DNA of 64,000 nt from Octopus vulgaris (taxonomy: Eukaryota): the NCBI GenBank assembly GCA_951406725.2, contig OX597826.1, positions 56,668,001-56,732,000 of the forward strand. The letters run 5' to 3'. The notes under the pieces were generated by a model. The model worked only from the letters and a program-made list of their open reading frames with translations. It made no database searches and was not told the origin of the DNA. Below are positions 11,296 through 25,786 of this stretch, in pieces (positions within the stretch are counted from its first letter, which is position 1; every line of letters begins with the position of its first letter). The position numbers and the translations under genes were made by a program.

Positions 11296-13447
11296 AGAGT
11301 GTATGCATGAAATTAAAGTGCATTTTCTTATTCTGTGCTTTTTTTTTTCTTTTTCTTTCCAGAGGTGACGCATGACACACTCACAAATGCACACAGGGCA
11401 TATTGTTCGGTAAATGTAAAACAAACAAATGCCGGAGATGGATTATTAGTGGGAGGGTGAATGGTTGCGGCAGGTAGTCGATAATTGGAAAGTAGTGGCA
11501 AAGAAAGAAAGGGCATGTTGCATGTGCACAACATTTTATTTTTAAAACCAGCAAAACAATGGACAGCATTTTTAAACAGCATTTCAACGAGGAAAAATGT
11601 GCATAGAGTGCACTAGTGTGAGAGATCTGACATATCAGCCACATCCGCAGCTGCAATTTTTCGCCATCTCAAAGCATTCTTTGAGTCTCTCTGATCTGGA
11701 ACTACTAATTGTGCACCACATGTGCAGCTGGCTTGTAATTCAATAGCAAGTGCTGATGTCATTAACACAAACTTGAATGTTCACTCGTCTCCCATTTTAA
11801 AATGCATGTTTACAAATTCATTCGCAGCCAAACTTCTTTCTACAGTTTTCTCCTTCACTCTAAAACCTGTTGGTTGTAACCAAAATTTTACAAAACAATA
11901 GAGAAAGAAAGGGAGGTAGGGGGGAAAAAACAGAGAACGGGGTGGGTGGGTGAAAGAATGGCGAGAGAGAGAGAGAGAGAAAGAAAGTGAGAAACAAGCA
12001 AGGCATCTATGGTGGAATAAATTTGATTATTTTCAACAAGACTAGATAATTGATGACAACAGAAAAATAAAATAAACTTTTTAATTAATGTTTTTTCCTC
12101 TTCTTTTTACAGATGATTAAAACAAAGTAACTGAAAACAAAAAATTTTTTAAATGAAGAAAGAAAAAAAAAAATCAATTTCAAATTTTTCCTAAGATTTT
12201 TGCTATTCTTGCTTTTGTGCGTTATTTTATTTAAATTTCAATTTTAAACAACTACAATTGATGTTGGTATTCATACGCAAAATAATTATTATGAGTATAT
12301 AATGGGTAATATAGCCAGGATAAATATTTAGTATTGACATGCTTGCTCTCCTTCCATGACTATGGTGACAAGGGAATCCACCATTCCTTTGTTTCTCATC
12401 AGAATTAGAATAAAATAAAATTTTTAAAAAAAGCCATACAATAAATGTAAAGACTTCTTTGAGGGAAACTTCAGGGTCAAAACTTTATGAAATGGATGAC
12501 AGGGCACTCCTTTACCAAATGGTTTCAAACTTATTTATCAACAGCTAACCTGAGGCAATGTAGAACACAGTGTTCTATTCCAAAAATACAAGGAAACACC
12601 TTTAAAGTTAAGCTCAAAACCTTCAAGTAGGCATAGCTGCCACATTCCAACCACTTGGCCAGGATGATAAGTAGTCCAGCCATGTTAACTTCAGGGAAAC
12701 ATTCTCAGGTAGTTGTAATGTTCACACCTTTTTTGAGAAACATTATCTCTTTTAACTGAGGAATCTACCTTTTGCTAAGTAATGACACTTGCACTGTCTT
12801 CTACACTACTACACTTGTTAAATGGTACAAACAAACAATGCCATTTTATTTATAGAGTTAGTTCAAAATAATCGTATTGTTGAATTAGTTGGTAATTGTA
12901 CTACATAGACAAGAGTTCAGTCCTTACTAAAACACACAGTACTGCTCATTTTAGGTTGCCTGACTGAAATAAAAATAAAACAAGTTCCACTGAAACTTTA
13001 TAGCTGAGGGCTTTGAAGGACACATCACTGTATTAACAGTTACTTACTCTTCCAAAACTTATTCCTTATTTCACAAAAAGTAAAAAGTGTACAATTGTAT
13101 ATAAATATATAATATAATTACATAATCATAGAATCTTTTCCAATTTTTAAAAATTAATTATTCAAATCATGAGTGATTGAGTGAGAAGAACATTTGACTC
13201 TGAGTTTCTGGTAAATGGCTGATATCCTATCAATGGCACAGCCAAGACAATTAGCTTACCCTAATCTGACTTATCTATTTGAGGAAGTGATACCACTTTC
13301 TAACCTGAGACGAGCTCTGATCCAACAGACCTGCCTAAGATCAAAAATATTTTGCCACTTTCTAATGTATTATATCTAGGATCACATTCCACAATATGTC
13401 TGTCCTTTTTCAAAATGGTAGGATGTGATGGTGGACAGATTTGATGA

Positions 13448-13674
13448 AAAGCTCTACCTGCGACGATTTCATCTCAATCGAAGGAGAGGAGCTTTCTCCG
13501 TCCGGGTTGCGGATCCGTGGAACAAGCTGCCAGACGAGATGGTGAAGATGCCGACGACCGCTTTGTTCAAAGCCTCCCTGGACCTCAAGTGGCCTGAACT
13601 CTTTACATGAACACCACCCTGTACTTAACTCCATGTCCCCCTACATGGCCTTGCTATTTGCTTTTGAGCCAAAT

Positions 13675-13712
<38 letters not shown>
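13448..13712 (+). mobile_element. 3' fragment of a CR1/L2-group LINE (ORF2 C-terminus, 3' UTR, (TAAC)n tail)
   Basis: Translation KLYLRRFHLNRRRGAFSVRVADPWNKLPDEMVKMPTTALFKASLD fits the CR1 ORF2 C-terminal pattern FS.RV...WN.LP..........FK..LD, with the stop at 13608-13610. The 3' UTR has a hairpin CCATGT-CCCCCT-ACATGG and ends in a tetranucleotide tail. It is inserted in a family H copy. Confidence 0.88.
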
Positions 13713-13713
<1 letters not shown>

Positions 13714-14624
13714 TTCTAGTGGAGTAAGCAACCACTGACTACTATGAATAAGTAGGCAATTATGGATTGGAACAAATCCCAGCTTTACCAACAAGATTAC
13801 TGTATTATTAATGTGTTTATTTACTGGGCAAACCGAGTTCAATTTCTGTTATGTTTGAGCCATGAAGGAAGAGCTCAGTATCAATACTGTTGCCTCTATG
13901 CTAAAATGTATTTGAAATGAACAAAACACTGTTGAGAACTGAGCAAGCTTCATTTATACACAAATATATCAACTAAATAGCTCTATATCCTAACTGTCTA
14001 TCATTTCCAGATATCTTTCAACGAATAAATTTTCTGTTTAAGAATACCTGAACATCGTGACCTTTTAAGATGACGCTGATGCAGTGACAATTTCAAGGAG
14101 AAAAACCTGACAAAATTTTCTCTAGCAGATTAACTTTCTTTTTTTCTAATATATTTTTCCTTCTTTCTTACAACCACTCAGGAAAATGGAATGAAACATG
14201 AAATTCTAGCAACAAATAGTTATGAAATTCTCTCAAGTGATTTGTTTGTTATATGTAAGGCATGAGTCACAGTAATATCACATACAGGTCACAACAATAT
14301 CTAGCCAACCACACAACCAATCAAATCTAGTGCAGTGAGAATTTATAAAAAGCAACAAACATATTTTCAGGTTTCAGATCATAATTCTTTTTTTTTTTGT
14401 GTTATTAAAGAAAAAAAAGGATGTTTAGAGTTCCTTTTAAGAAAATATCAAAACCCAAATAGTAATAATAATAATATTTCTTGTAATAACAAGATACAGG
14501 CAAAGTTAGGCTTTCAATTCTAGGAGTCAATAAATGGCTTTTATCAAAATGCTTCATTTCGAAAAGATGCCAAAAAAATAAAGATGCTAAAATATGGAAA
14601 GTAAAATTTAAAAATATTTTATAT

Positions 14625-14731
14625 ATGTATGTATATACATATGAATATAGATGTATGTATGTGTGTATATATGTGTATGTGTATATATATGTGTATGTGT
14701 GTGTGTGTATATATATATATATGTGTGTGTG

Positions 14732-14780
<49 letters not shown>

Positions 14781-14823
14781 ATGTGTATATATATATATAT
14801 ATGTGTGTGTGTGTATGTGTATG

Positions 14824-14854
<31 letters not shown>

Positions 14855-14861
14855 ATGTGTA

Positions 14862-14892
<31 letters not shown>

Positions 14893-14899
14893 GTGTGTG

Positions 14900-14930
<31 letters not shown>
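14625..14930. repeat. Compound (TA)n/(TG)n microsatellite with higher-order units
   Basis: Repeated blocks of (TA)n followed by TGTGTGTGTATGTG. Confidence 0.95.
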
Positions 14931-14936
<6 letters not shown>

Positions 14937-17889
14937 ATATCCTTTTTTTTTCCACAAAAATAATAATGGATTCTAAAATGTCGTTTAAAGATCCTGATTG
15001 AAAATGATTTCTAGAATTCCAAAACTAAAATATAAAAAAAAGATAAATATAAAAAGTACTAAAAAAAATGATAACTGTTACAAGAAGAAAAAATGATTAT
15101 TCATAACAAAGATGGAAAAAGAGTGTGAAATTTCAAGTTTATTGGCCTTTATCACATTTATGCTCAGTGAGTTTATATGCGTCTTAGTATTCAGCCAAAT
15201 CTTTTGGTGTCTGCCAGCAAAGAATAGAGAAATAGAATCTTATTCATTCTTAATAAATAAATAAATAAAAGGCGAGAAATAAAATAGATTCTTATGAAAG
15301 AAAAAAAAAAGAAAGGAAGAAAAGAAAAGTAACGAAAAGCTTGATAAAATGCTGACATTATTCAGATCACTACACTTTGTCTGGATATATGAATTAAAGC
15401 TGAGAATTTTGTGTAAATCATTTTAGATTTTTCTGTGATCAAAATCAATATCAAAATTTGGTAAGAAACCGAAGTATTTTGATACATACACACACACACA
15501 CATATATACATACACACACACACATATATATACACACACACACACATGAGTTTGTATGTGTTTGAATGTTACATGTCTGTGATTGTGTGAATTGTGTGTA
15601 GATGGGCGTGCGTGTGTGTGTGTATATATACATATATATGTGGATGGGTGCGCACACACACATATATATATTTATATATATAATGTATGTATGCATGGTA
15701 TGTTATGAAGTCAGTAATTTGAATAAGCAGGATATTCTTCTGCTGGTGGTAAGTATATGTCAACTCGTTCAGCAGTTTAGAAGATAACAAAGCATATATG
15801 TTGTACAATATATGAATGAGTGCAATTATTGCATGGAGGTTGGGTCTGTGCATTCAAAAGTTTTATTTTTCCATTTTGATTTTTTTTTCGATAAATATTT
15901 TTATACCGTTAGAAGTTATTAGAATAGAAATTTTAGTTAAAAGAATATTTAACTTTTTCATCTAAAACATCTTCGGCATGCTTGTTGCATATCATTCAAA
16001 CACATGGTCAACATGCCTCAGTGACTATCTATATTTGGGGTTGTTACATTATCTAAATTACCAATACAAAGCTGCTAACTACTGTAAAGAGTATGTATAT
16101 TGTTTTTATATTATAGTAGGTTTTAGTCAGAGTAATAGCTGGGGTTAATGCAAGCCATCTGCATTGAGCCTAACCGTAAAAATACAAGAAAAGTCCATAT
16201 TTATAAACACACAAATCCTAACACATGTATTCAAGCTAGAGATGTTCAAATAGTTGACTTAAACCATTTTTTTCCCCTAAAATTTTTCCATTATTTTCAT
16301 CTTAGAATAAAACAGTTTATTTTTGAGTGTATTTAAAGAAAGAAACAAAAATGATTATAGCTTTTAGTTTTAAACAAACACTTCTTAGTATTTCCAACAG
16401 CACATGCATGGTTCAAAATACTTGGTGCAAAAGTCACCCTGATGGAAACAAACCGCAAAACATAAATAAACAAGGAAAATAAACAGGTAGAGAAGAAGAA
16501 CTTAACGGTTACATGTTGGATGGCAGGGGTTGAAGAGAATGTTATCTGAAACCTTTTGACATCCACCCAAATCTTAAAGATGATTTATCAACTTTTTTTC
16601 TTTTATGTTCTATCTCCTTGGTATTTTAATCAAATATCAGAGCAAAAATAAATATTCCTCAGATTTGCCAAAAAAAAAACAAAAAAAAAACTGAAAAATA
16701 AAATATAAAAATAAAGATAAATTACTTAATCCTCTACTTGATAAAATTTTCTGCAAATAAATATAAATGACCTTCCTTCTACCAGAGGCATGCAGAGGGG
16801 ACCAATAGAGAGTATGTAGAGAGGGCAAGGATTAAATGGGGCATGTGAGTGGGTTTAACATCCCTGAAAAAAGGGGTAATGAACAATGATATAAATTACA
16901 CAAGAGGAATTTTGTTTTCCTTATCACAAGTGTTGGATTATTTTCTTGATATGCAAAAAAGGGGGGAAAAAAAAACAAAAGAAAAGAAAAAAAAATCTAA
17001 TGTTACGTTTCAGATGTGAAACAATTGTAAATTGTCTCATTTGAGATAAGGTTATCAGTTATGGAGTGGATTGAGACTGGCCAGCCAGATCTTGTAAGAT
17101 TATTCAGTGGAAATGGAACTGATTGAGTTGCTAGACTCTTAAGTAGAAAGAAAGAGTCATTGGTTAGGTTACTGCAAATGTCAAGGGAGATTGTAGATCT
17201 TGAGAGAGGAGAGTAGTGCTGAATAGTGTAGTGCATTGCTTTCTCAACAGAATAATGGCAAAAAATTGAAATATTTGCATGGAAGAAATATAACCCCTTG
17301 GAAATAAGAACTAATTAAGTAAAATGAGAAAAGAAATAAGGAAAGGAACTAAAAATAGAAAAAGAAAAAAATTTTGCATTGCTTTCCTCTTTATCTTTTA
17401 GATGTTCAGGAGAAGTTGAATAAAACTACTGTCTGGCAACTGATTCAAATCTGTCATTTGTTGGTCTTTCTCTATAGAGCTTTAGTTCATTTTATCCAGA
17501 CATAATAGTATGTATGTAGTATGTATAATCAAATTATATTAGATGTTATAATAAGGTACAGAAATAACTGAAATCTTTACTGGGATTTCTTATATGACAA
17601 GTCGATATTTATTCAATCATCATTGGCTAGAGAAGGCAGAAGCAAAATGGTTTTAGTAAATTTGGCAATGAATTATTGGCTCCTAAGTGTTGAGTTCAAA
17701 TCCACCACAGGAGTATATTTCATTTGTGTATTTGGGCCCTACACTTGAGTTACAAACATAACTCACATTAGACATAGTACCATCTAGAAGTGATACTAAT
17801 GTTCTTTATATTTTTAGAGGTAACCTGTCATATAGTTGCTCTTAAAACACCCTTTTTTTAAAAATATTAACAGACTGTCATTAAGGAGC

Positions 17890-18113
17890 ACCGTAGGTGA
17901 GCGATTAAAGCAGACTGTTTGTCATTCAACCTGTTAGAAATAGTAGGCAATTCTCCCCCATATCGCAATCCATCATCTTTGAAAATGAATACAGAGACAA
18001 AATGGAAAAATGAAATAAATAATAAAATAAAAAAAAGATGGGATAATTAAAGCTGAAAAGTTTTAACTATAGATCTGCTTGAACACAATTTACCTGGGGT
18101 CTATACAACAACT
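17890..18113 (+). mobile_element. Family H ancient repeat, degenerate copy
   Basis: AACCTGTTAGAAATAGTAGGCAA...ATAGATCTGCTTGA...TACCTGGGGTCTATACAACAAC. Confidence 0.55.
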
Positions 18114-18989
18114 ATATTGAACGTAAGGCATTCATGCATAAACCTGTGGGATTCTGCAAGCCAGCACGGTTGAAATAAAGTGGAAACCATTCCAGCCCCA
18201 TCTTCACACCTAGAACCCTATGTATGCACTTGTCCTTTCCATCTTCAATACATTTCTTTGAAAAGAGGATTAAAAAATAAATCCAGACTATTCAATTGCA
18301 TCAAATATTTCCTCCAGGAAAGTGAGAGGCAATGAGACAGACAGACAGACAGACAGCATATCTATGGTATGTCATCCTTAAAAAATAGCCTCAAAATTAC
18401 TCATAAATGACAAGGATAAAATAATTCAGATCACTGCACAGGAGCCATTTAATGAAGGAGCTGAGTCAAGTACTCATTATTTTATATTAATTTTCTAAAC
18501 AAGATTACAGGGAAAGATTTCTGTTTTGAATTTTCCCCTTCATTTGCTTAGGAATTTAAACCAGCAACAGCAGTGACAACAACAACAACAATTGCTAAAT
18601 TAAATAATCCCTTGAAAGCTATTAATTTACCATAGAGGTTATTCTATTAACTTTCAGTATTTAGTTGTCTCGAAGCATAAATAAGTATGTCCTTTTCTCG
18701 AAATATGGAATTAGTTTTGAAAACTACTTAGTTTTATAAAATGAATAACTAAAATGAAAAAAAAAAAGATAATTGACAATATAATTTGCTTAATAAGGAT
18801 CTGTTTTATTTTACAATTAATACTCTGATGATATAGGTAAAGGCGTGGCTGTGTGGGCTAAGAAGCTTGCTTCCTCACCATGTGGTCTCAGGTTCAGTCG
18901 TACTATGCAGCAAGTGTCTTTTACTGTAGATCTTTTGAAAGGTTGTGTGTTTCTGTATCATATGAAAGCATCAAAGAATGAAAATTGCT

Positions 18990-19500
18990 ACAGGGGTAAG
19001 TCAATTATATCAAACTTTATATTTGACTGGTACTATATTTTATCAACCATGGAAGGATGAATGGCAAAGCTGATCTCAGTAGGATTTGAACTCAGAAGAT
19101 ACAGAGCTGCAACAAATACCGGAATGTATTTATCTAATGCTCTAACAATTTGGCCAAACTACAACCCTTTTAATAATAACTGTGTTTGTCAAAAGTACAA
19201 GACCAGATATTTGAAGGAGAAAATAGTTCATTGATTTGATGCCAGTACTTGACTGGTACTGGTTTTAAAGTTGACCTCAGGATATAAGATATGTTAAGTA
19301 AATAGTGAAGACTATTTTGTCCAATGCTTTACTGATTATGTCAATAAACTAGCCTCTAATTAGCCCAAAATCATTTTTATTCAGAAATTTGGGAATCGAT
19401 TGGATTATCTCTATTTAACAACAGTTTTGTTTTTATTGAACCTTTAAAGATGTCAAGCAAAGTTGACTTCTTTGAGATTTGAACATGGAATGTAAGACAA
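18990..19500 (-). mobile_element. Cluster of about three degenerate family B SINE fragments, preceded by a decayed family A head at 18842-18930 (+)
   Basis: Repeated GACTGGTACT, GCAAAGTTGAC and GATTTGAAC cores. Confidence 0.6.
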
Positions 19501-19506
19501 AAGGAC

Positions 19507-19735
19507 TTAACCCTTTCATTACTGTATTTATTTTGAGATGCTCTGTATTTCTTTCAATTACTTTACATATAACAAAGAATTTAGTAAAATAACTTAGTTA
19601 TCATTAAGCTAGTGTTAGGAATATAAATTGTGACTAAGGTTTGGTGGAAGATTTTAATTCAAAACTTATGAAAACAAGACATTTGTACTACAGAGCCAGA
19701 GCCGGTTTCAGCCGGGTTGGTAACAAAAGAGTTAA
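19507..19735. mobile_element. piggyBac-type MITE, family P1, second copy
   Basis: TTAA ends; colinear and highly similar to 9749-9977 over its full length. Confidence 0.92.
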
Positions 19736-20678
19736 GAGGATGTGTTTAGGAATTCATATTAGCAATCTACCAATTCTACCACAATAGTTTGCAGTAACAG
19801 CAACAACATAGTTAATAATTCTAGGTAAAAAATAATATGCCAAGAGGGTAAAAATTAACAAAAACATATGTAAAATGTACGAGCCCAAGTCAAAAAGCAA
19901 ATTATTACAGTCGCCACCGTCACCACACATGGTTTCTCTCTCTCTCACACACACACACAGAGATATACACAAACAAGGATATAAATATATAGAAATTATA
20001 TAAATCATACACATTTATGCAAGCATACATATTTATGCACACACACACACATATATATATATATGTACATATGTATGCACATAAACACAAACATACATAT
20101 GTATATACAAACATACTCATACGTAATACATTTTTTTTTTTTCAGTATTGCAATCCTTATATATCTGGTTACAAGTAGAAGCGGATAGATAAGAGTTATT
20201 CTAAAATGCGATGTGATGTGATTATGATAACAGACTCTCAAAATAGACGGGGAAATGAAAGATAGAGATCAAACAATGATATGTATTGTTCATTGAGTAA
20301 ATATGAGAAAGTAGTCTGGTAGTGCTAGATATTTCACAATCTGTTCAAGACTGCTACTACTCCACCCACTAAACACTGATTTCCATTCTGTCCAAGACCA
20401 TAAGTAAGATGTAGGATCTAAATTTAGAGATAAATCTCCAGGAATTTGAAGACAACGAGGTCATCAGACCTTTTAAAAGGAGGCTGCTATAAAATGTTTG
20501 TCTGTTTGTCATTCGATACCCCTCGCAAAATGATAATAAATTTGCATAAATATTCTATCAGTCTATCTCCACATTCTACACATGTATGTTCTAGTGTAAG
20601 GATAATTCTATACATATACATCTTTACACACACATTCAGTTATATATACATATAGAGAGGGATAAAAATGCATGTGTG

Positions 20679-20712
<34 letters not shown>

Positions 20713-21672
20713 TATATACATACATACACACATATCCACATACACACACACATATACACACATATACATACACAGTATGAATAAATAAGTGAAACTTTAT
20801 CTCTTTAGTCTTGCAATTCTTGACAAATCTCTAATGAGACAAAATCGTCAAACTCATCAGTGATTCTAGCTGATGAAGTTCCTGTTCTGTATCCATGGGT
20901 TATATTTTCAGAGCAAGCCTATTATTAAACATATTGTGTGTATATGATTTGTGCATGCATATTTATCCTTCTCCTACCCAGTAGCCATGGAAAACTCTGT
21001 CTGGAGCAAGATTCTGAGAAGAATTCTCAGCTCATAGAGCAAATGTATCTATCGTCTCTCTTCTCTGTGCAGCATATTGAGTTCTTTATCAGATAATGTT
21101 TACATTACATAAAATATATTTCTAACATATTTCACAACTTTTATATTATGAAGCACACACACACACACACACACAAATATACATATAGTGAGAGACACAG
21201 AAAGATTGTTTGTACAGATATTTGTTACCAGAATGAGACACACTCATACATACACATATTACAATGAAAGTAATATTTAAAAAAAAGTGGTTTCTGATAG
21301 AATATCTTATAATCTCTAATTCCATAGATTTTAGAATCTTGTGCATTGCCCCACATTATACAAATGGTTGCATTTATCAGATGCACTATGACAAACACAC
21401 ATTCTAACACATGCATATGCACACACTTGCATGCATGATTACACATACAGCTCTCTCTCTCTCTCTCTGTCTGTCTCTCTCTCTAGTTTTTCCTCTCTAA
21501 TTTATATATACTGTGTATCTTTCTTTCATTAGCCTCTCTCCTTTCCAACCCTATTTCTAATGTCACTTTCTCTTTCATTTCTCAGTCCTTCTCTCTCTCT
21601 CTCTCTCCCTCTCTGTAGTTCACCTTTCTCAATACATCATTTCACTTATTTCTATCACTGATACACCTTCGA

Positions 21673-21712
<40 letters not shown>

Positions 21713-22162
21713 CTTCAGTTTCCCCCACTTCTCTCTTTTCAAACACACATAGTATGTGTATATATGTGTTATCATCAATACACACTCAAACACACATACA
21801 CACATGCATGTAAATATAGTTATGTATAGATAAATGCTTTTACTATATACATAAGTGCATATGTGTAGAAGTGAATATATGTGCATGCAAGCATGTGCAT
21901 GTATGTATGTGTGTGTGAGAGTATATATGTTTCTCTCGCTCTCAATCCATCTCTTATCTCTTGTTTCTCTCTACTTACTAATTCTGAAGCCGATTAAATA
22001 TAATATAAAAAAAGCATCATCACCAACAACATCAACAAGCTCCCAAAACTTGATTCTTTTTCTTCCCTTTTTTTTAAGTTCTTAGAAATAGTAGTTTGAA
22101 TAAATAAATATCCATACAAAATGTAAGAAAATATATCATAAGAAAAAACATCGCTAACAAAT

Positions 22163-22201
<39 letters not shown>

Positions 22202-22279
22202 CATGCATACATATATATATATATATATGCATACATACATATATATATATATATATGCATACATACATATATATATGAA

Positions 22280-22625
22280 TGAGAGGGGTGGGGGGACAGC
22301 AAGAGGAAGAAAAGAGAGAGAGAGTGATAGAATGCAGGACAGAAAAGGAGAGTAGAAGAGATGAGAGACTAGGGGGGAAAAAGATGGGGAAAGAGAGAAA
22401 AGAGAGGAGGTAAAACAGTTTTAAAAAGGCAATGGAAAGAAAGAAAAGAGGAGAGATAGGGGAAAAAGAGAGGTAGATAGAGGGGAGAGGGTGAAAAGAA
22501 GAAAAAAGACAGAGAGGAGAGAGAGTGAGAAGAGGACAAAGAAATAAGGTGAGAGAGACAGAGAGAGAGAGAGATGGGGGTCGGGGTCGTTAAGAGATGT
22601 GAAAGAAAAAGATAGGAAAAGATGG

Positions 22626-22656
<31 letters not shown>

Positions 22657-22875
22657 AGGAAACAGTAAATGAGAAAGATAAGGGAAATAAAGGGAGAGAA
22701 ATATAAGAGGAAGGCAAAGGATAGGGATGGAGGTATGCAAAGGAAATCAGTTATAGATATGGTATTGAGAAAGAGAGAGGGAGAAAGAGAGGGAGAGTTA
22801 TGGAGCAATGTGAAGTGAAAGGAAAAGATGAGAAGGAAGAAGTCTCTCTCTCTCTCTCTCTCCTTCTCTTCCTCT
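22280..22875. repeat. Long polypurine (GA-rich) low-complexity tract ending in a (CT)n block
   Basis: Direct reading. Confidence 0.85.
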
Positions 22876-23512
22876 CTCCCTCCCTCTCTCTCTTTGAGGC
22901 ACTGTCAAGTTTTACATAGAAGCCTTGCACAATAGACTTTCTCCTGTTTTTGAAGAATATCAAAAGTATTTTCTTCCATTGATGCAACTGCTAGGGAAAC
23001 CTATTCATCTTGCCCACTGTGCTATCAATTGGAGATCATGGCAGCAGGCAGAAAGGTGTGTGTGTGTGTGTGTGGTGATGGTGATGGTAGTGGTGGTGGA
23101 ATGAGAGAATTATGGAGTGGTGGTGGCTAGTGGAAGTGAACATGAGTGTACGTGTGGTGGTGGTGGGGGAGTGTGGGGAGCTGGGGGTGGGGGGAATAAA
23201 ATGGAAAATATTTTTCAAGAAGAACCTTTGGTTCAGAGATGTAAAGGACTGCTGGAATTCAAATTAACAAATAATTACATGTAAGCTTTATACTATATAA
23301 CTCACTTGCAAAGACGGGGGGGGGGGGGGGGATGACGACGAAGAAATCTCAATGCTTCTGCTGATGGTGATGATGATGATGATGATATTTTGTCTCAGAG
23401 ACTAGATAGGCACCAGGAGTTTTATGCTGACTCATTCATAAGCTTGTGTATTATCATAGAGGTTGACACTACAAGGGACATTCAGCCATAAAATACCACC
23501 ACCACTACTACA

Positions 23513-23580
<68 letters not shown>

Positions 23581-23582
<2 letters not shown>

Positions 23583-23858
23583 GTTTCAGATTTAGGCACA
23601 TGGCCAGCAATTTTGAGGGGAGTAGTATTGTAGTAGTAGTAGTAGTGGTGGTGGTCGTGGTGGTGGTCGTGGTGGTAGTAGTAGTAGTAGTAGATACCAT
23701 TGACTCTGTCTGGTACAAGACTGGTACTTTATTTTATTGACTCTGGAGAGATGAAAGGCAAAGTTGACCTTGGCAGAATTTGAACTCACTCAGAAGATAA
23801 ACCACCTCAACTAAATTGCTGTATAGCATTTTGTTGGGTATCATAACAATTCTGCCAA
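23581..23858 (-). mobile_element. SINE family B older variant, interrupted by a (GTA/GTG)n expansion
   Basis: GGCACATGGCCAGCAATTTTG...GACTGGTACTTTATTTTATTGAC...GATGAAAGGCAAAGTTGACCTTGGCAGAATTTGAACTC. Confidence 0.75.
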
Positions 23859-24793
23859 TCAATCAATCAATCAATAATAATCCTGGGTATTGGAACAAAT
23901 TAACTTTACTCTGCTAGATATAAAAATACCAACAAATCAACCAATAAAATACCAGTAATAATACACCATGTCAAGAGGGTGGTGAATGTAACCACATAGT
24001 AAATAGGGGTATAAATGGAGGGAGCAGAATTTAAAGGTAAAAAAAGGAAAGAAAGAACGGAAAAGGATCTATTTTAAAATTGTGGTTTTAAGGAAATTGA
24101 CCAACCTCAAACCAACTTAGTTCCTAAACATATTCAGTATATTAAAAACCTGATAAGGATGAAAGCCAAGCTAGGGTTTAAAGAGTCATAAATCTCTTTA
24201 CAACAGAGAACTTATCCTCCAATATATATCTCACATATACATAGAGAGAGAGAGAGAGAAAGAAAGAGAGAGGATTTCTTTAGATGAAGTGCAAGGCTGG
24301 CTTTATTGACTACAGTATCTTACCTGTGCTTACTTTATCAATGAAGAAGTAAAAGGTAAAAGTTGAAAAATCAATTCTGATCCAGGTGGGATTTGGATAT
24401 AAGAAGACCACGAGGAACCAAAGAAGATATAATTAATCACCTAGACTGGTGCTTCCAGCTATAGCAGAATGATAACAACAAATAGAACCTTATGAAGATT
24501 TTTTTTCTTTTTTATGGAGAACACAGATAATGGTTACACTTAAAAGGAATGGTGAAATATCATATACAAATATATGTGTGTGTGCATATATATATAAATA
24601 CATATATATATGCTGTATGCACATGAGTGTGCACATGCATATACTTATATGTATACATGCATATATGAACATAAGTATATTTGCATGCATATACAAACAC
24701 ACATGTATACGTGTATGTTTGTATATATATATATATATATATGCATGTACATATATGTATACATGCACAGATACACACGTGTGTATGTGTGTG

Positions 24794-24825
<32 letters not shown>

Positions 24826-25149
24826 CCCACACACACACATTCATATATATATATATCCTCTAAATAAAGCTCTGTAGAAATCTAAGACATGACACATTCT
24901 TTATGGTATGAAGAAGCCACAAGGTTAGTTTCCATTCCCTTGGGGAAGGAAAATGTCAAAACAAAATTATTATTGATTAACTTACTCATTTTACTTATCT
25001 ATTTTTGATATGAGAGTTGTTGTCAGACAAGGTCAAAATGTTAGTGAATGAAAGAAACACATTAGAAAGAAACTATGTTACCATAGACTAGTTAGTATAT
25101 AATATATTATATTTCAAAGCAGAGAAACCATGGCTCACATGAGCCAATG

Positions 25150-25389
25150 TGGAGAGCCTCTGTGTCGTTGCTAAACCTGGTAGAAATAGCAGAAACATTT
25201 CTCTGAAATCAGAAGCTGTCTACTTAAAAAGAAAACAACACAATGAATAATGTAGCCTTAGATACGCAACATCCCCACCACAAGAAAAAAAAATAGATAA
25301 AAAGCGATGTTCTTGCCTGGAATGTCTTTGATCGTAGGTCTGCGTGATCAGAGCTGACCTCTGGCTAAACAACAACAACAACAACAACA
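25150..25389 (+). mobile_element. Family H ancient repeat, best-preserved copy, with (AAC)n tail
   Basis: GAGCCTCTGTGTCG...CCTGGTAGAAATAGCAG...GGAATGTCTTTGATCGTAGGTCTGC...AGAGCTGACCTCTGGCTAAACAACAAC. About a dozen related copies occur in the window; no tRNA head is visible. Confidence 0.7.
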
Positions 25390-25786
25390 TAGGTTCACTT
25401 CTACTGTTTCCCCCTTAAGAAATTTTCCCATTACTTATTTTATAGCTTTTACTCTTTTGTGACACATTGTAACACTGTGATATTTGTAACAAGAATATGT
25501 TTTGTATTTTTGTTTAAATTTTCAAAATTCCCATGGTTTCTAAGAAGTTTAGTGAAATAACTATCTTTCATCTTAATAGTTGTCACCCACCATAGGCACA
25601 AGGCTTACAAATGTAGAGGAAGAGGAGAAGAAATTCACTCGATTATAATCAACCCTGCTACTACACTGTTACTTTATTTTATCAACTCTTGAAGGGTGAA
25701 ACGTGAAGCTCGGTGAGATTTAAACTCAGAATGTAGAGCCAGAATCTTAGCTCAATATGCTAATGATTCTGGTAAATCATATACAC

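Noticed and set aside
15730-15753. Plus-strand 18-nt microexon-like segment cag|GATATTCTTCTGCTGGTG|gtaagt
   Set aside because: Strong donor but no pyrimidine tract before the acceptor.
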